A stretch of 64,000 bases of DNA from assembly GCF_009914755.1 (NCBI RefSeq), contig NC_060933.1. One strand, given 5' to 3'. The stretch's first letter is position 1. Every line of letters begins with the position of its first letter. A program made the translations under genes and the position numbers. Under the pieces are notes generated by a model, which saw only the letters and a program-made list of their open reading frames with translations, did no database searches and had not been told where the DNA came from. Shown piece after piece: positions 40,569 to 52,413 of the stretch. The stretch comes from the human T2T-CHM13v2.0 reference genome, Homo sapiens.

Positions 40569-40881
40569 TTTTTTTTTTTTTTTTTTTTTTTTTTTTGAGA
40601 CAAGGTCTCACTTGGTCACCCGGGCTGGAGTGCAGTGGCACAATCACAGCTCTCTGCAGCCTTGACCTGCCAGGCTGAAGCAATTCTCCTACCTCAGCTA
40701 CCCCCGATGAGCTGGGACTACAGGTGAATGCCACCACATCCACTAATTTTTTGTATTTTTTTGTAGAGATGGGGTTTTGCCATGTTGCTCAACCTGGTCT
40801 CCAACTTCTGGGCTCAATTGCTCTGCCTGCCTTGACCTCCCGAAGTGTTGGGATTACAGGCTTGACCCACCATGCCTGGCC
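40569..40881 (-). mobile_element. Antisense Alu, AluJ-like, T28 tail
   Basis: Alu body flanked by TSD aagtagatgctttt on both sides. Confidence 0.93.
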
Positions 40882-40894
40882 CTAAGTAGATGCT

Positions 40895-41130
40895 TTTTAA
40901 TTCAGCTTTTTATTTTGAGATAATTGTAGATTCATAGGCAATTGCAAAAAATAGAGAGGTCCCTGTACCCTTTGCCCAGTCTTGCACAGCCGCGGGACAA
41001 CATCACAGCTAGGACGTCCACGTCAACACAGTGCCGACTGCACTTAGACTTCTCCAGTGTTGGGTGCGTTTGTGCATGGAGCTCTGTGCCAATTTATCAC
41101 ATGCGAACGTTCCCGGATCTGCCCCCACAG
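40895..41130 (-). mobile_element. Old L1 (L1M) 3' fragment
   Basis: tttattttgagataattgtagattcataggcaattgc...tccctgtaccctttgcccagt is a typical antisense L1M 3' end. Confidence 0.7.
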
Positions 41131-41281
41131 GATCCCTCCTGTTGCCCTTTCATGACCACACTCAGCTCCCTCCCACCCTTCATCCCCAGCCCCCTGGGTT
41201 GTGTTGTGTTGTTTTGTTATTTAATCTTATTAAATGGCACCTCCACCTCCCAGGCCCCCAAGCTGAACATTAGGACGTTGT

Positions 41282-42407
41282 CTTGGTATCTCTCATCTTT
41301 ACTCCCCACCCCCTGCATCAGGCCAATGGTTGGCCATCCAGGCCTGGACATTCACTCTATTAATCATTTCTGGAACTCTCCCCTTCTCTCCATTGGACCT
41401 GGACTCCCAGCTCCCAGGCTTGGTCTTGCCAATCCACCCAGCACTCACTGCCATACCCCGATCCCCTACAGCTCCACCATTCTTAGGATAAGAATGTGGA
41501 ATATGCCGCTGCTGGGGCCCTACTCATCCCACCAGTCTCCACTCTCTGTGTTTGTTCCAGCCCTTCTGAGCCACTCCCGAGATGCCACACTGTCCTGGCT
41601 GCGCCCACTCAGGCTTCCTCCTCTTGGGCAGCTCCTGCCCTTGCGCAGGTTTCAGCTGAACGTCCTATCCCGGGAACCTTCCCTGACACTCTGCTCAGGG
41701 TTGCTGCCCCCTGGCTGGGCTCCCACAGACCCCCATGCCTCCCCCACTCCAGCCCTGATTTCACGTATTGTCATGGTCTGTTTACTCAGCAGCCTTCCCC
41801 AGAGACAGCAAATAACTTGGAGGCAGAGACTGTGTCTGGTTTAGTGTGGTGAGCCTGTCTATGAGGTGGGGAACGGGCACCTGAATCTAGTTTGTGTGAA
41901 TGATGAACAGGTAGGTTGGTGGTAGGTACCAGGTTGGCCTGGCATGCCCACTTAGGGTGGAGGCAGCCAGCCAGGGGCTGGAGCAGGTAGAAGGAGAGAC
42001 TGTTTGCTTCTCTCTTGCCCAAACTGTAGCCACACATCCCAGAATGGAGCCTTCCCCATGTGCCCTCTGTCTTCTCCCAGTGACTCCACTGCCGAGGTCT
42101 GAGCACCTGGCTCTAGAGAAGGAAACGAGGAGCAACTGCTGAGTGCCTGCTGGATGCCAGACTCTGAGCATGCCACGGAGAGCCAGGTGGGCCCATGAGA
42201 AGAGGAGAGGGTAGGCTTGGTATCTCTCATCTTTACTCCCCACCCCCTGCATCAGGCTAATGGTTGGCCATCCAGGCCTAGACATTCACCCTACTAATCA
42301 TTTCTGGAACTCTCCCCTTCTCTCCACTGGACCTGGGCTCCCAGCCCCCAGGCCTGGTCTTGCCAACCTACCCAGCACTCACTGCCATACCCCCATCCCC
42401 CACAGCT
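41282..42407 (+). repeat. Dispersed direct duplication: 41282-41473 and 42216-42407 (192 bp each)
   Basis: Ungapped alignment by eye gives about 12 mismatches; start-to-start distance is 934 bp. Confidence 0.95.
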
Positions 42408-43693
42408 GTGACACCCAGTCCTGGGTCTGTTGCTTCCTGTTGTGACCTGGGGCAAGTCCCTTTACCCTGTGAAATGGGGCGGTGGTGTTAGGATCTTCCT
42501 CATGCACTCCTGGGAGGAGCAAAGGAAGAGGTGATGAGAGTGAATGTGACGAAGACTTGTGCTTTTGCCATGGGATAATCAACTTTTTGGAGGTGCCCAA
42601 AGATGCCCTGGCCTGGGGCCACTGTCAGGAGGTTGTCCGCAGCTCAGCCCTGACCACTGCTTGGCCTCAGAGGCCTTGTGAGCCTTGCCGCCTCACCCGA
42701 TGTGGTGGCCCCCTTCGATGAGGGCATCTGAGGGTCCTGGCTGCCCTAGACCACCCCTCCAGCACTGGAGGCAGTGGCAGGTGCTGGAGGAGAATGCCGG
42801 TGGGGGTGAGGGAGCTGGCCAGGGACACCTGCCCAGCACAGAGGAATTCTGTCTCAAGAGGGAAGACAAACAGATGGTAAGGGGAGCTTTAAGGTGACCG
42901 TGTCATGGAGTGGAATCCCGGCTTTGTCCCCTACTAGCTGAGAGGCCCTCCACGTGGTAAGCAGCAAGGAGGGAGAGGTTTCTCCTGTTTTGTTCACGGA
43001 TGTATTCTTAGACCCAGAGCAATGCCTGGCACGTAGTAGGGGCTAAAAAAAGTGCTTGTTGAATGAATGAATCAACCTTGGGTGAATCACTTTGCTAAGC
43101 TTCCCTTGGAAATGGAGATACAATGATACTGTTTGTTTTGTTTTAGGTATTGTTTTCATAACATAAAATTTCACATAACATAAAATTCACCATTTTGAAG
43201 TGTACAATTCAGTGGTTTTTAGTATGCTCACAAAGTTGGGTGCTGCTGTTTTGATCATTGAAAGTAGTGCCTGGCTCACAGCTGCGCCATGGATGTCAGG
43301 TCGTCTTTTCGTTTATGATGCACACCTGCTACTTCCCAAAAGGGTATAGACAGCTTCCAAGAGGAGGCGAAGAGTCAGTCAGGTTCTCAAAAATAAAAGC
43401 AGAGGATCAAATCCCTAGAGTGTACGGGGGAAGTATGTCAAATGCCCAGGCCAATCTCCACTGAAGTAGAGGATTAAATTGAACTCTGAGCATCCTAGCA
43501 GCCCAGGTGGAAGGAAAAATGGGATGAGAGAGAGAATTCACATTGTCTGACCACAGGAGGCTGATGAGTTCATTGGGAGAATAGATATATTTTTACCAAA
43601 TTTATTTTTTGCAGTTTCCTTAAATGAGGAATGGAAAACAGACAGGTGTCAATGAGCACCTCTGTTGAAGTGAAATATTAAACAAGATCTTCA

Positions 43694-43809
43694 GGCCGGA
43701 TGCAGTAGCTCACACCTGTAATCCCAGCACTTCGAGAGGCCAAGGCAGGCAGATCACTTGAGCTCAGGAGTTCAAGACCAGCCTGGGCAACATAGTGAGA
43801 TCTGGTCTT

Positions 43810-43810
<1 letters not shown>
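43694..43810 (+). mobile_element. Free left Alu monomer (FLAM-like)
   Basis: ggccggatgcagtagctcacacctgtaatcccagcac...gaccagcctgggcaacatagtgaga, then directly a microsatellite. Confidence 0.88.
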
Positions 43811-43864
<54 letters not shown>

Positions 43865-43875
43865 GATAGATAGAT
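43811..43875 (+). repeat. (AGAT)13 tetranucleotide STR with a short interrupted tail
   Basis: 13 perfect AGAT units at 43811-43862. Confidence 0.97.
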
Positions 43876-44138
43876 CCTCAGAGGCCATCTCCCCAGGCTC
43901 ATGGTTTCAGACAGACAAGGACGAAGGCCTCAGAAGCCACTTGGAGGAGGCATTTCTGAAGGCCACTGTACCGAGGAAGGAAGGGATGTGATGCCTCAGG
44001 GAACTCTTGGGACATGGGGAGAGGTGGGAGCCTAGCTGGAGGGCAGTGGTGTGTTCCTCCTGCCCATCCCTCAAGCCTGCATGCTCTCAGCAGGTGAGAG
44101 CTGAGTTCTCTGACATATGAGTCTAAAACAGTTGACTG

Positions 44139-44352
44139 CAAGGTTTCTCAGGCTCAGCAGGTTGATGTGGTGGGTCAGCTCATGCTTTGTTGTGGGAGGC
44201 TGTCCTATGCATGTAGGGTGTTCAGCAGCATCTCAGCTGCCACTCACAGGATGCCACTGGCACCGCATCCCCCAGTCCATGGCCATCAAAAATGTCTCCA
44301 GACATGGCTGAATGCCCCTTGAGGCAAAATCACCTCTAATTGAGAAGCACTG
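44139..44352. mobile_element. MER20-like hAT-Charlie element
   Basis: ctttgttgtgggaggctgtcctatgcatgtagggtgttcagcagcatc...aaaaatgtctccagacat...ggcaaaatc...ttgagaagcactg. Confidence 0.88.
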
Positions 44353-46964
44353 AGTAGGGAAAGACACCAGGCCCTCTGACCTTCTATGTGCCAGACCCTC
44401 AAAACTCCCTCTATCCCAGATCTGGCTTTTTCCTATTGCCTGATGAAAGAAGGATTCACACTCTTAGGGGTGGCCCTGGTCACCTAACACTTGCCTGGCC
44501 CTACTGCCACCTTTTAAGCAGCACTTGTGCAATTTTTTCAATATTTTATTGCATTTTGTTCTGAGATTTTGAAAAAGTAAAATAAGTGAGAACTGGGCAA
44601 AATAAAAGCACTATTACTAGTAAGAAGAAACATTTTTCCCACAAAGGTAGACATCACCAGCTTGGCAAAGTGAACATAAGACTGTCTGATGGTGAAGAGA
44701 AATAATGACATTTAAACACATAAATATGGTAGAGCATAAAATGCTGGCAAGTATCTTTCTTGGTCAGGTATCTGATATGACGCACAAAATGCATGAAATA
44801 GGCAAAGCATATTTGAGAATCTGACCCTACTTTCAGTTCTCTGCAAGCAGAACTCTGCTTATGTGCAAGTCTGTTCCCCAATGGTGACATGTTTCCAGGA
44901 TCACCTTATCCTTGGGAGCAGGGGATGCCTGCCTGCATCTGGGGTCAGGACTGGGGTTGGGGGGAGAAGATCCACAGACTTTGGATCCTGGAAGCCTCCT
45001 CAGGGAGGCTGGCTGGGCATCCTCACCACAGAGCCCTTGCCATTTCCACAGGGGCACGCATGCCCTGGCTCTGCAGCTCCCGGGCCAGAGTTTTGGAAGT
45101 GGGAGAATCTTGATGCATCCATTCATTCATTCAGGCAAGCATTCGGCCACTAGTGAGGACTTGCTTATGCGCCAGCCAGCGTATGAGATGAAGAACATAC
45201 CAAGATAAGTCAAGGAACCGCAGGGAGCTCCCAGTTTTGTGAGATCACCTAGGGCTGTCCATTTCTGTGATGCAGGACATTCCCTGCATGAGGGCACCCA
45301 GCCTAGGAGTGAGTTGGGGACTGGACCTGGCACAGTCCTTTGTCTGGCCAGAAGAAGGGGTGCCTGCCTCACTTAGCAGCACAGTCCAGGGTGGGCTAGC
45401 CGTCCAGTGATCAGAGTTTCCAGAAGAGGCTGGGCAAGAGGCCCTACTTAGGTCCTTGCTTGGGGGAATAAGCAGTGGGATGGGGAGGTCTTAGAAGAGG
45501 GGCCAAGGGACCTGAGTGGGAACAACCAAGCCGGAGACTCCTGGGTATGAAGGGCAGAGAGGGAATCCCCAGCCAAGTGCAGAGGTCAGGGGTCTGTGTC
45601 TGGGGAATGTGGGGGCTGGGTTGTAGGAGTGGGACAGGGCAGGAGGGGGGTGAGTCTACAAAGGGTACCAAATGTCAGGCTTGGGGTTTGGAGAAAGGGA
45701 GTCAAGCCTCTAAAATGAGGGAGGGACTTACTAGCTCTGGATCCCTTTGGCCAGGGTGTGGGGAGTGGGTAACAGCAAGCCAGCCTCAAATTCGGCTGGC
45801 CCTCCCCCTGGCTGCCGGGCCCGGGCACCCCTGCTGCTGACCCCCTGCCCTCCCTGCCGCCTGCCAGCCCCCTCCCTCTGGTCCACATTCCCAGCTCCTG
45901 ATTAGATTTGGGAAGGACTAATTAGATATAATTCATTATCCTCAAAAATGAGATCAGAAATCAGGAGCTCTCCTCAGAAGAAGGTGGCCTCGCCCCTCAT
46001 CCATCATGCCTCTAAGTAACCAATTTAAAGGCAGGCGGCCGCACCCGGCAGCGTTATTACCTTGTCATAAATAGTTAGGGGAAGGCCCCCGAACGAGGCA
46101 GCTTTATAAATGGCTTTTATCACATTAGTTTGCAGTTATTTGTCATCCACTTTGCTTAAGATAAATGCCGAACAAATAATCAAATTATCAAGCCAAAACC
46201 TGGGAAAGTCATTTGCATTCATTGCAGCAGGAGAGACCGGGGGTTCAAATTCAGAAAGCCCCCTTGCCTGTATCAGGCCTGGTTTGCTGTGGAGAGAAGG
46301 AGGACTTCCTGGGGACATGAGAAGTCCATACTGGAGGCAAGAGGCACCCAGAAGCCCCACATAGGATGGGGCAGGCCTGATCCAAGGCTGGGATACAGGG
46401 TGGGAGGGACCCTTCAGGGGGCTGAGAGGCGGGTGTTCTGGGGCTGGGGTCTGCCGAGGTATCCTCTCCTTCATGCACGCACAGAGAGGCATGCAGACGC
46501 TCAGACGCACTCACAGGCACACTTCTTACTGTCTGTTGCTGGGAGCCAGGGCCTTTTGTCTAGCCCCAGAAGGGCCCTGTCACAGGCCTGAATGGGCCCC
46601 CTTCCCCCATAGAGAGTGACAGCTTCAGGCAACTCATGCCCCAAGCCTGTCTGGTTCTTGTCCTGGCCACCAGTGCTGGGCAGGTGGTGAGGAGGGTCCC
46701 AGGCCTGGGCAGAACGTGTCCAGGGGCACTGCTGACCCTCTCCCAGCTGGGCTGGGAAGGCGCCCTCCAGCAGCGGCTCCTTAGTGGAGAATGGCAATTT
46801 CACGCTGTCCCCAGGAGGCTGTCCTGTGCTCCAGCTGGGCCAGGGCTAGGTCGGCCCTGTAGGCCCCCATCCCTCCTCATCCCAGCAGGGCGGGCATGGC
46901 CCATCCAGCCTCTCCACACATTCTCAGGCCAGGGGCTCTGCTGGCTCTGATGATGCTGGCTTAG

Positions 46965-47780
46965 CTTCAGAGGTGGTCCTGTGTGGGGGTGCCTATACCG
47001 GCCTTAGAGATTGTCCTGTATGTGTGTCTATACTGGCCTTAGAGATTGTCCTGTGTGTGTGTCTATACTAGCCTTAGAGATTGTCCTGTGTGGGGATGTC
47101 TACACTGGCCTTAGAGATTATTCTATCTGGGGGTGCCTACACTGGCCTTAGAGATTGTCCTGTGTGTTTGTCTACACTAGCCTTAGAGATTGTCCTATGT
47201 GGGAATGTCTACACTGGCTTCAGAGATTATCTTGTATGTGTGTCTACACAGGCCTTGGAGATTGTCCTGTGTGGGAGTGTCTGCACTGGCCTTAGAGATT
47301 GTCCTATCTGGGGTGCCTACACTGGTCTTAGAGATTGTCCTGTGTGTTTGTCTACACTAGCCTTAGAGATTGTCCTGTGTGGGGGTGTCTACACTGGCTT
47401 CAAAGGTTGTCCTGTGTGTGTCTACACTGGCCTTGGAAATTGTCCTGTGTGGGGGTGTCTACACTGGCTTCAGAGGTTGTCCTGCGTGGGGGTGTCTACA
47501 CTGGCTTCAGAGGTTGTCCTGTGTGGGGGTGTCTACACTGCCCTTAGAGATTGTCCTGTGTGGGGATGTCTACACTGGCCTTAGAGATTGTCCTGTGTGG
47601 GGGTATCTACACTGGCTTCAGAGGTTGTCCTGTGTGGGGGTGTCTACACTGGCCTTAGAGATTGTTCTGTGTGGGGGTGTCTACCCTAGCCTTAGAGATT
47701 GTCCTGTGTGGGGGTGTCTACACTGGCTTCAGAGGTTGTCCTATGTGTGTGTCTACGCTGGCCTTATAGTTTGTCCTGGT
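46965..47780 (+). repeat. Minisatellite/VNTR array A, ~22 copies of a 33-37 bp unit
   Basis: Consensus ccttagagattgtcctgtgtgggggtgtctacactgg, with variant cttcagaggttgtcc...; units counted by eye. Confidence 0.97.
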
Positions 47781-47854
47781 GTGGCCAAGGCAATGTAAGC
47801 TTTCTGTGGTCCGTGTACAACTGCTTGGAGCTGCCCAAGAAGTGACTTCTAAGG

Positions 47855-48085
47855 GCAGTGTAAATAGTATAGCAATGAATGTGGATGCTGCAGCCAGGTG
47901 GCCTGGGGTCAAACCCCAGCTCGACTACTGTGAGACTTTGGACAAGACACTTACCCTCTTTGTGCCCCAGTTTTCTCATCTGTAAACTGGAGTTAGTAGC
48001 AGTAGCCACCTCCACTGGTCACTGTGAGAGTTAACTGAGTTAACATTGTGAAAGGCTTGTATCAAAGCCTAGAACATGGTAAACC
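47855..48085 (+). mobile_element. MIR SINE in the spacer between the two minisatellite arrays
   Basis: actactgtgagactttggacaagacacttaccctctttgtgccccagttttctcatctgtaaactgg. Confidence 0.85.
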
Positions 48086-48519
48086 CATAGAAGAGCTTGG
48101 AATCCATGTGAGGGGGATTGCAAAGGCTGATGTGAACCCTTGGGGTGATCTCCACTGAACTCTACTATTTATCTGCCCCTTCTTTCACCTAACAACAGTA
48201 TTCCCTGAGCCCGTAGTGTGGCTGTGGCGGCAGCTCCAACCAAGCCAGTTGAAGTCAATGCCTACTGTGGTTCTTGGGTTGGACTCAACACAAATGATGA
48301 AACAGGCAGTGACAGGGCATTTTGGGAGACGCCATGATAGGGGACCCACAGGCAGCTGCTGGAGAGTCAGAACAGGAGTGCTCAACCAGTCAAGGGACCC
48401 CACAGAGGATGTCCCTACAAAAGCAACGTCTAAACTTAGAGCTGGGATCTGGGATGGGTAAGAGGTAGCCAGGGGAAGAAGAATGGAAATTTGGAAAACA
48501 TCCCACATGGGACAGCCTC

Positions 48520-48737
48520 ACACAAGGCAGCCTCTAACCGTAGTAGACACGCCCATACACAGGACAACCTCTGAGGCCAGTGTGGATGCCCTGACACAGG
48601 GCGACCCCTCAAGCTAATGTGGACACCCCACGCAGGGCGACCTCTCAGGCCAGCGTGGACGCCCCACGCAGGGCGACCTCCCAGGCCAGCGTGGACGCCC
48701 CACGCAGGGCGACCTCTCAGGCCAGCGTGGACGCCTC
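48520..48737 (-). repeat. Minisatellite array B, ~6 copies of a 36-37 bp unit, reverse complement of the array A family
   Basis: 48557-48586 (acacaggacaacctctgaggccagtgtgga) matches the reverse complement of array A at 28/30. The three outer units are acgcagggcgacctcYcaggccagcgtggacgccYc. Confidence 0.92.
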
Positions 48738-50571
48738 ATGCCTGGCCCCCTTCAAGGCCCTGTTGGCTTCTCTCCAGGAACTCTGTCTGTCGGGGCCAGA
48801 GTGGGTTTCTGAGCAGTTGGACAGACTAGGCAGCCAGGATGGGGCAGCTGCTCTGGGTATGGTGGGTGGAGGGCCACTGTAGGGGGCACAGAGGCTGAGC
48901 CGAAGCACATGGTCGCTGTCTGTTTGTGGGGCAGCAGGAGCAGGTTTAATGGGCCAGCCCCGGAGGCCATGGAGAGGCGGCTTTCAGAGGAACCCCAGAC
49001 AAGGGAGGCCCCTCCCTCCTGCCCCAACTGCCCCAGCTCAGCTGGGCCACCAGGAGCCTGGGGCTCTGTGGAGCCCTGTGGGGCCCCGCCCACCCCTCCC
49101 CACCTGCCAGCCTGCAGTGTGGCTGCGGGGCCCGAGTTGAGCAGGCACCTGAGAATGCCAGGCCCCAGTGGGAGGGGCTTGGCCTGCCCCTCTCTATCCT
49201 TGGAGCCCTGAGGGTTTCCTGCAAGGTGTGGCCGCTGCAGAGGGGAGGGGGACACCTGGCCAGGCCTGCAGCGCCCCCTGGCCCAGTGGCCCCTGCAGCC
49301 CTCAGCCGCCTCAATCAGTCATCTCCCTACCCTCTGAACAGCTGGTGCTTCCAGGGAAATTACCTAATGAATCAACAATGCAGGGATTGTGGAGGCGGAA
49401 CTGCAGCAGGAAGGGGCCTTTCTCCCATGCTAGGCCCACTAGGCATGGGACACCTGCGGGGCAGCCGAGCCCCCTGCACCCCTCCCCCACGCAGCGCCCT
49501 GCAGAATAAAGAAAGCTGGAGTCAGACAGACACAGGGCTGCTGCTACCAGTCCCTGCTTTGCTGTTTGCCCGCTGTGTGTCCTTATGCAAGTGTCTTTAC
49601 CTCTCTGGGCTTCAGGTTTCTCGTCTGTACAAATGGGGTTAATATGGTGCCTTGTACTGGGAGGCTGTGCTGATTAAGAGTAGTGGCCCCTGTGTGGTGC
49701 TTAGCATGAGCCTGGGGCAAGTGACTGCTCAGTACCTGGTGGTTTAATAATAATAATGATTATCATTACTATACCTTCTCAGGAGACATTCATCTGTGTA
49801 TAGTTCCCAGTGATCCTTGTCAGGGAATTCCCTTTGAGCCTCAATTTCCTCGGCTGTAAAGTGGGACCAGGATCTGTTTGCTTGAGGGTAGTGGCAGGGA
49901 CTGGTTCCTGCCCCTGGAGACCTCCTGGCTCCCAGCCCAGTCTGGGAGAGCAGCCCTGAGAATTCTGCAGAACCAGTTCCCTGGTCTAGCCATGGGAGGC
50001 TCCCACGCCCTGCCCTCGGGAGGAAGGAGGCCTGCTCCCAGGGTGGGCACAGGGGCCCAGAGAGGTATGGGTGGAAGTGTGGGCTGGGCTGGGAGCCGGT
50101 GGGCGGCCTGTTGGAGCAGGCCCCAAGCTGGGCACAGAGGGCCCATTGTTGCTGGGCTCAGCCAGGCCAGGCCCACGAGAGCGGCCACCGCTGCCGGGAT
50201 TCAAGAAGTGTCTAGACAGGGCAGCCCCAGGCTCTGGCCTAAGCTTCCTCCAGGTGGGGCTGTGCCACCGGGGACATATAGGGAGCCTGGTGCCCTCAGC
50301 TCAAATGGGACCTGACAGACAGAGGAGACTGGGGCAGAGGCAGGACTACCCGTCAGGAAGACAGACAAACACAATCCAAACACACTGCTGGCAAGGAGGG
50401 TGGCGTTGGCAGTGGTGGCTCACTTGGGATCTGGAGAGGAGCTTGGACCTGGGAGTCAGAAAACTCTGGGTTCCAGTCCTGGCTCTATTGCTGTGCAACC
50501 CAGGGCAAGCGAATGTCCCTCTCTGAGCCTTGTTGACCTCAGCTGAACAACCTAAGGCTTAAGAATTTTGA

Positions 50572-50873
50572 GGCTGGTGCAGTGGCTCACACCTGTAATC
50601 ACAGCACTTTGGGAGGTTGAGGCGGGCGGATCACTTGAGGTCAGGAGTTCGAGACCAGCCTGACCAACATGGTGAAACCCCATCTCTACTAAAAATACAA
50701 AGAATTAGCCAGGCATGATGCATGCCTGTAGTCCCAGCTACTCAGGAGGCTGAGGCAGGAGAATCACTTAACCCGGGAGGCAGAGGTTGCAGTGAGCCGA
50801 GAACACACCACTGCACTCCAACCTAGGCGACAAGGCAAGACTCTTTCTCAAAAAAAAAAAAAAAGAAAAAAAA
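50572..50873 (+). mobile_element. Full-length Alu, AluSx-like
   Basis: Dimeric Alu with A-tail; TSD AAGAATTTTGA at 50561-50571 and 50874-50884. Confidence 0.95.
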
Positions 50874-50884
50874 AAGAATTTTGA

Positions 50885-51075
50885 GAGCAGAGGGACTTGG
50901 GTTCAAATCCCAGCTCTGCCACTTCCACAGTTGTGTGACCTTGGCAAGGAATTTGACCTCTTTGAGCCTCAGTTTTCTCATTTATAAAATGCGGATAATA
51001 GTAACCCTTGTCTCTAAAATGAGATAAACACATACGATGTTTGGAGTAGTGCCTGGCGCCTAATGACTATGCAGT
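50885..51075 (+). mobile_element. MIR SINE
   Basis: gggttcaaatcccagctctgccactt...tgtgtgaccttggcaag...gagcctcagttttctcatttataaaatg. Confidence 0.88.
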
Positions 51076-52019
51076 AAACATTAATGCCTGCCTCCATTGT
51101 TATCACCATTTCAATTTGTTTTGGTTGATACCAAGCTTGTGGATCGCTTGCCAGGCAGTGTCTGGCACATAGTCAACACACGGTACTTGAGAATGCTTTT
51201 CCCAAGACGATGTGCTTGGCCCTTGCCCTCTCCTTGGCCTTGGTTGCCCTGCTTGGGAAATGGGCTCATCCCAGACCAGGCCACCCATGGGGCGGGGCAG
51301 CAGGCCAGGCTGTCTTTGGGGAATCCCGGGGGCCTCTCTGCCTCCCAGTATGGGGCTATTTTTAGCCAGGTGGGTAGAAGTTGCTGCTCTTATCTCTGCC
51401 TGGTATTTTTGGCACATCTTGACTGCCAGGGCTCCTCTGCCCTCCCACGCCAGCTGCACCCACGGAGCCCAAGTCTGAGTCCTGTGCCAGGCTCTTGTCT
51501 CCCAACCCCAGCCCAGGGGATACCAGGTGGAGGATGCCTGTCCAGCCAGCCCTCGTCTGCCTCCAGCCACCTCCAGGCCACCCACAGCTGGCCCCAGGTC
51601 TGAGGCTGTCGGGGGGGTCTCACATCTGTAAAGGGGAGCCGCGCCATACTCCCCTCCCCCAACGCTCTGTGTCGTTTCCATGGTGGTGAGCACAAATCCC
51701 CCAGCCCTGCACAGAGGAACCTTGTTTGTTTCGCCTGCATAACTTGGAGACCAAGTCACAGGACCAGGCCCCCCAAGTTACCCCCGCAGCGCAGCCCAGC
51801 CCAATCCCCCACCCAAACAGACAGCCCCAGGGATGGGGGGGAGGCAGTTATACCCCTTCCCCTTGAACCAGGCCAAGGGGCCCTGTGGGCAAGGAGCCAA
51901 GAGGTGTCACCTCCAAGTCCCTTCCCTGCTGGGAGTCTCACTTCCCTTGTCTGTAGAATGGGAACATGTCACAGAGATAGCGCATGGCCCGTACTAGGTA
52001 CTTAATAAATGCACAAGTT

Positions 52020-52413
<394 letters not shown>

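Noticed and set aside
40942-41844. 300-aa ORF
   Set aside because: Non-ATG start; it runs across L1- and L2-like fragments and the local duplication.
46965-47798. CRISPR-like array or Cys-rich repeat protein
   Set aside because: The units are contiguous with no unique spacers, there are no cas genes and the context is eukaryotic. The ORFs are by-products of the repeat.
49268-49286. CTCF-like motif gcagcgccccctggcccag
   Set aside because: Only a partial core match in GC-rich DNA; not supportable without ChIP data.
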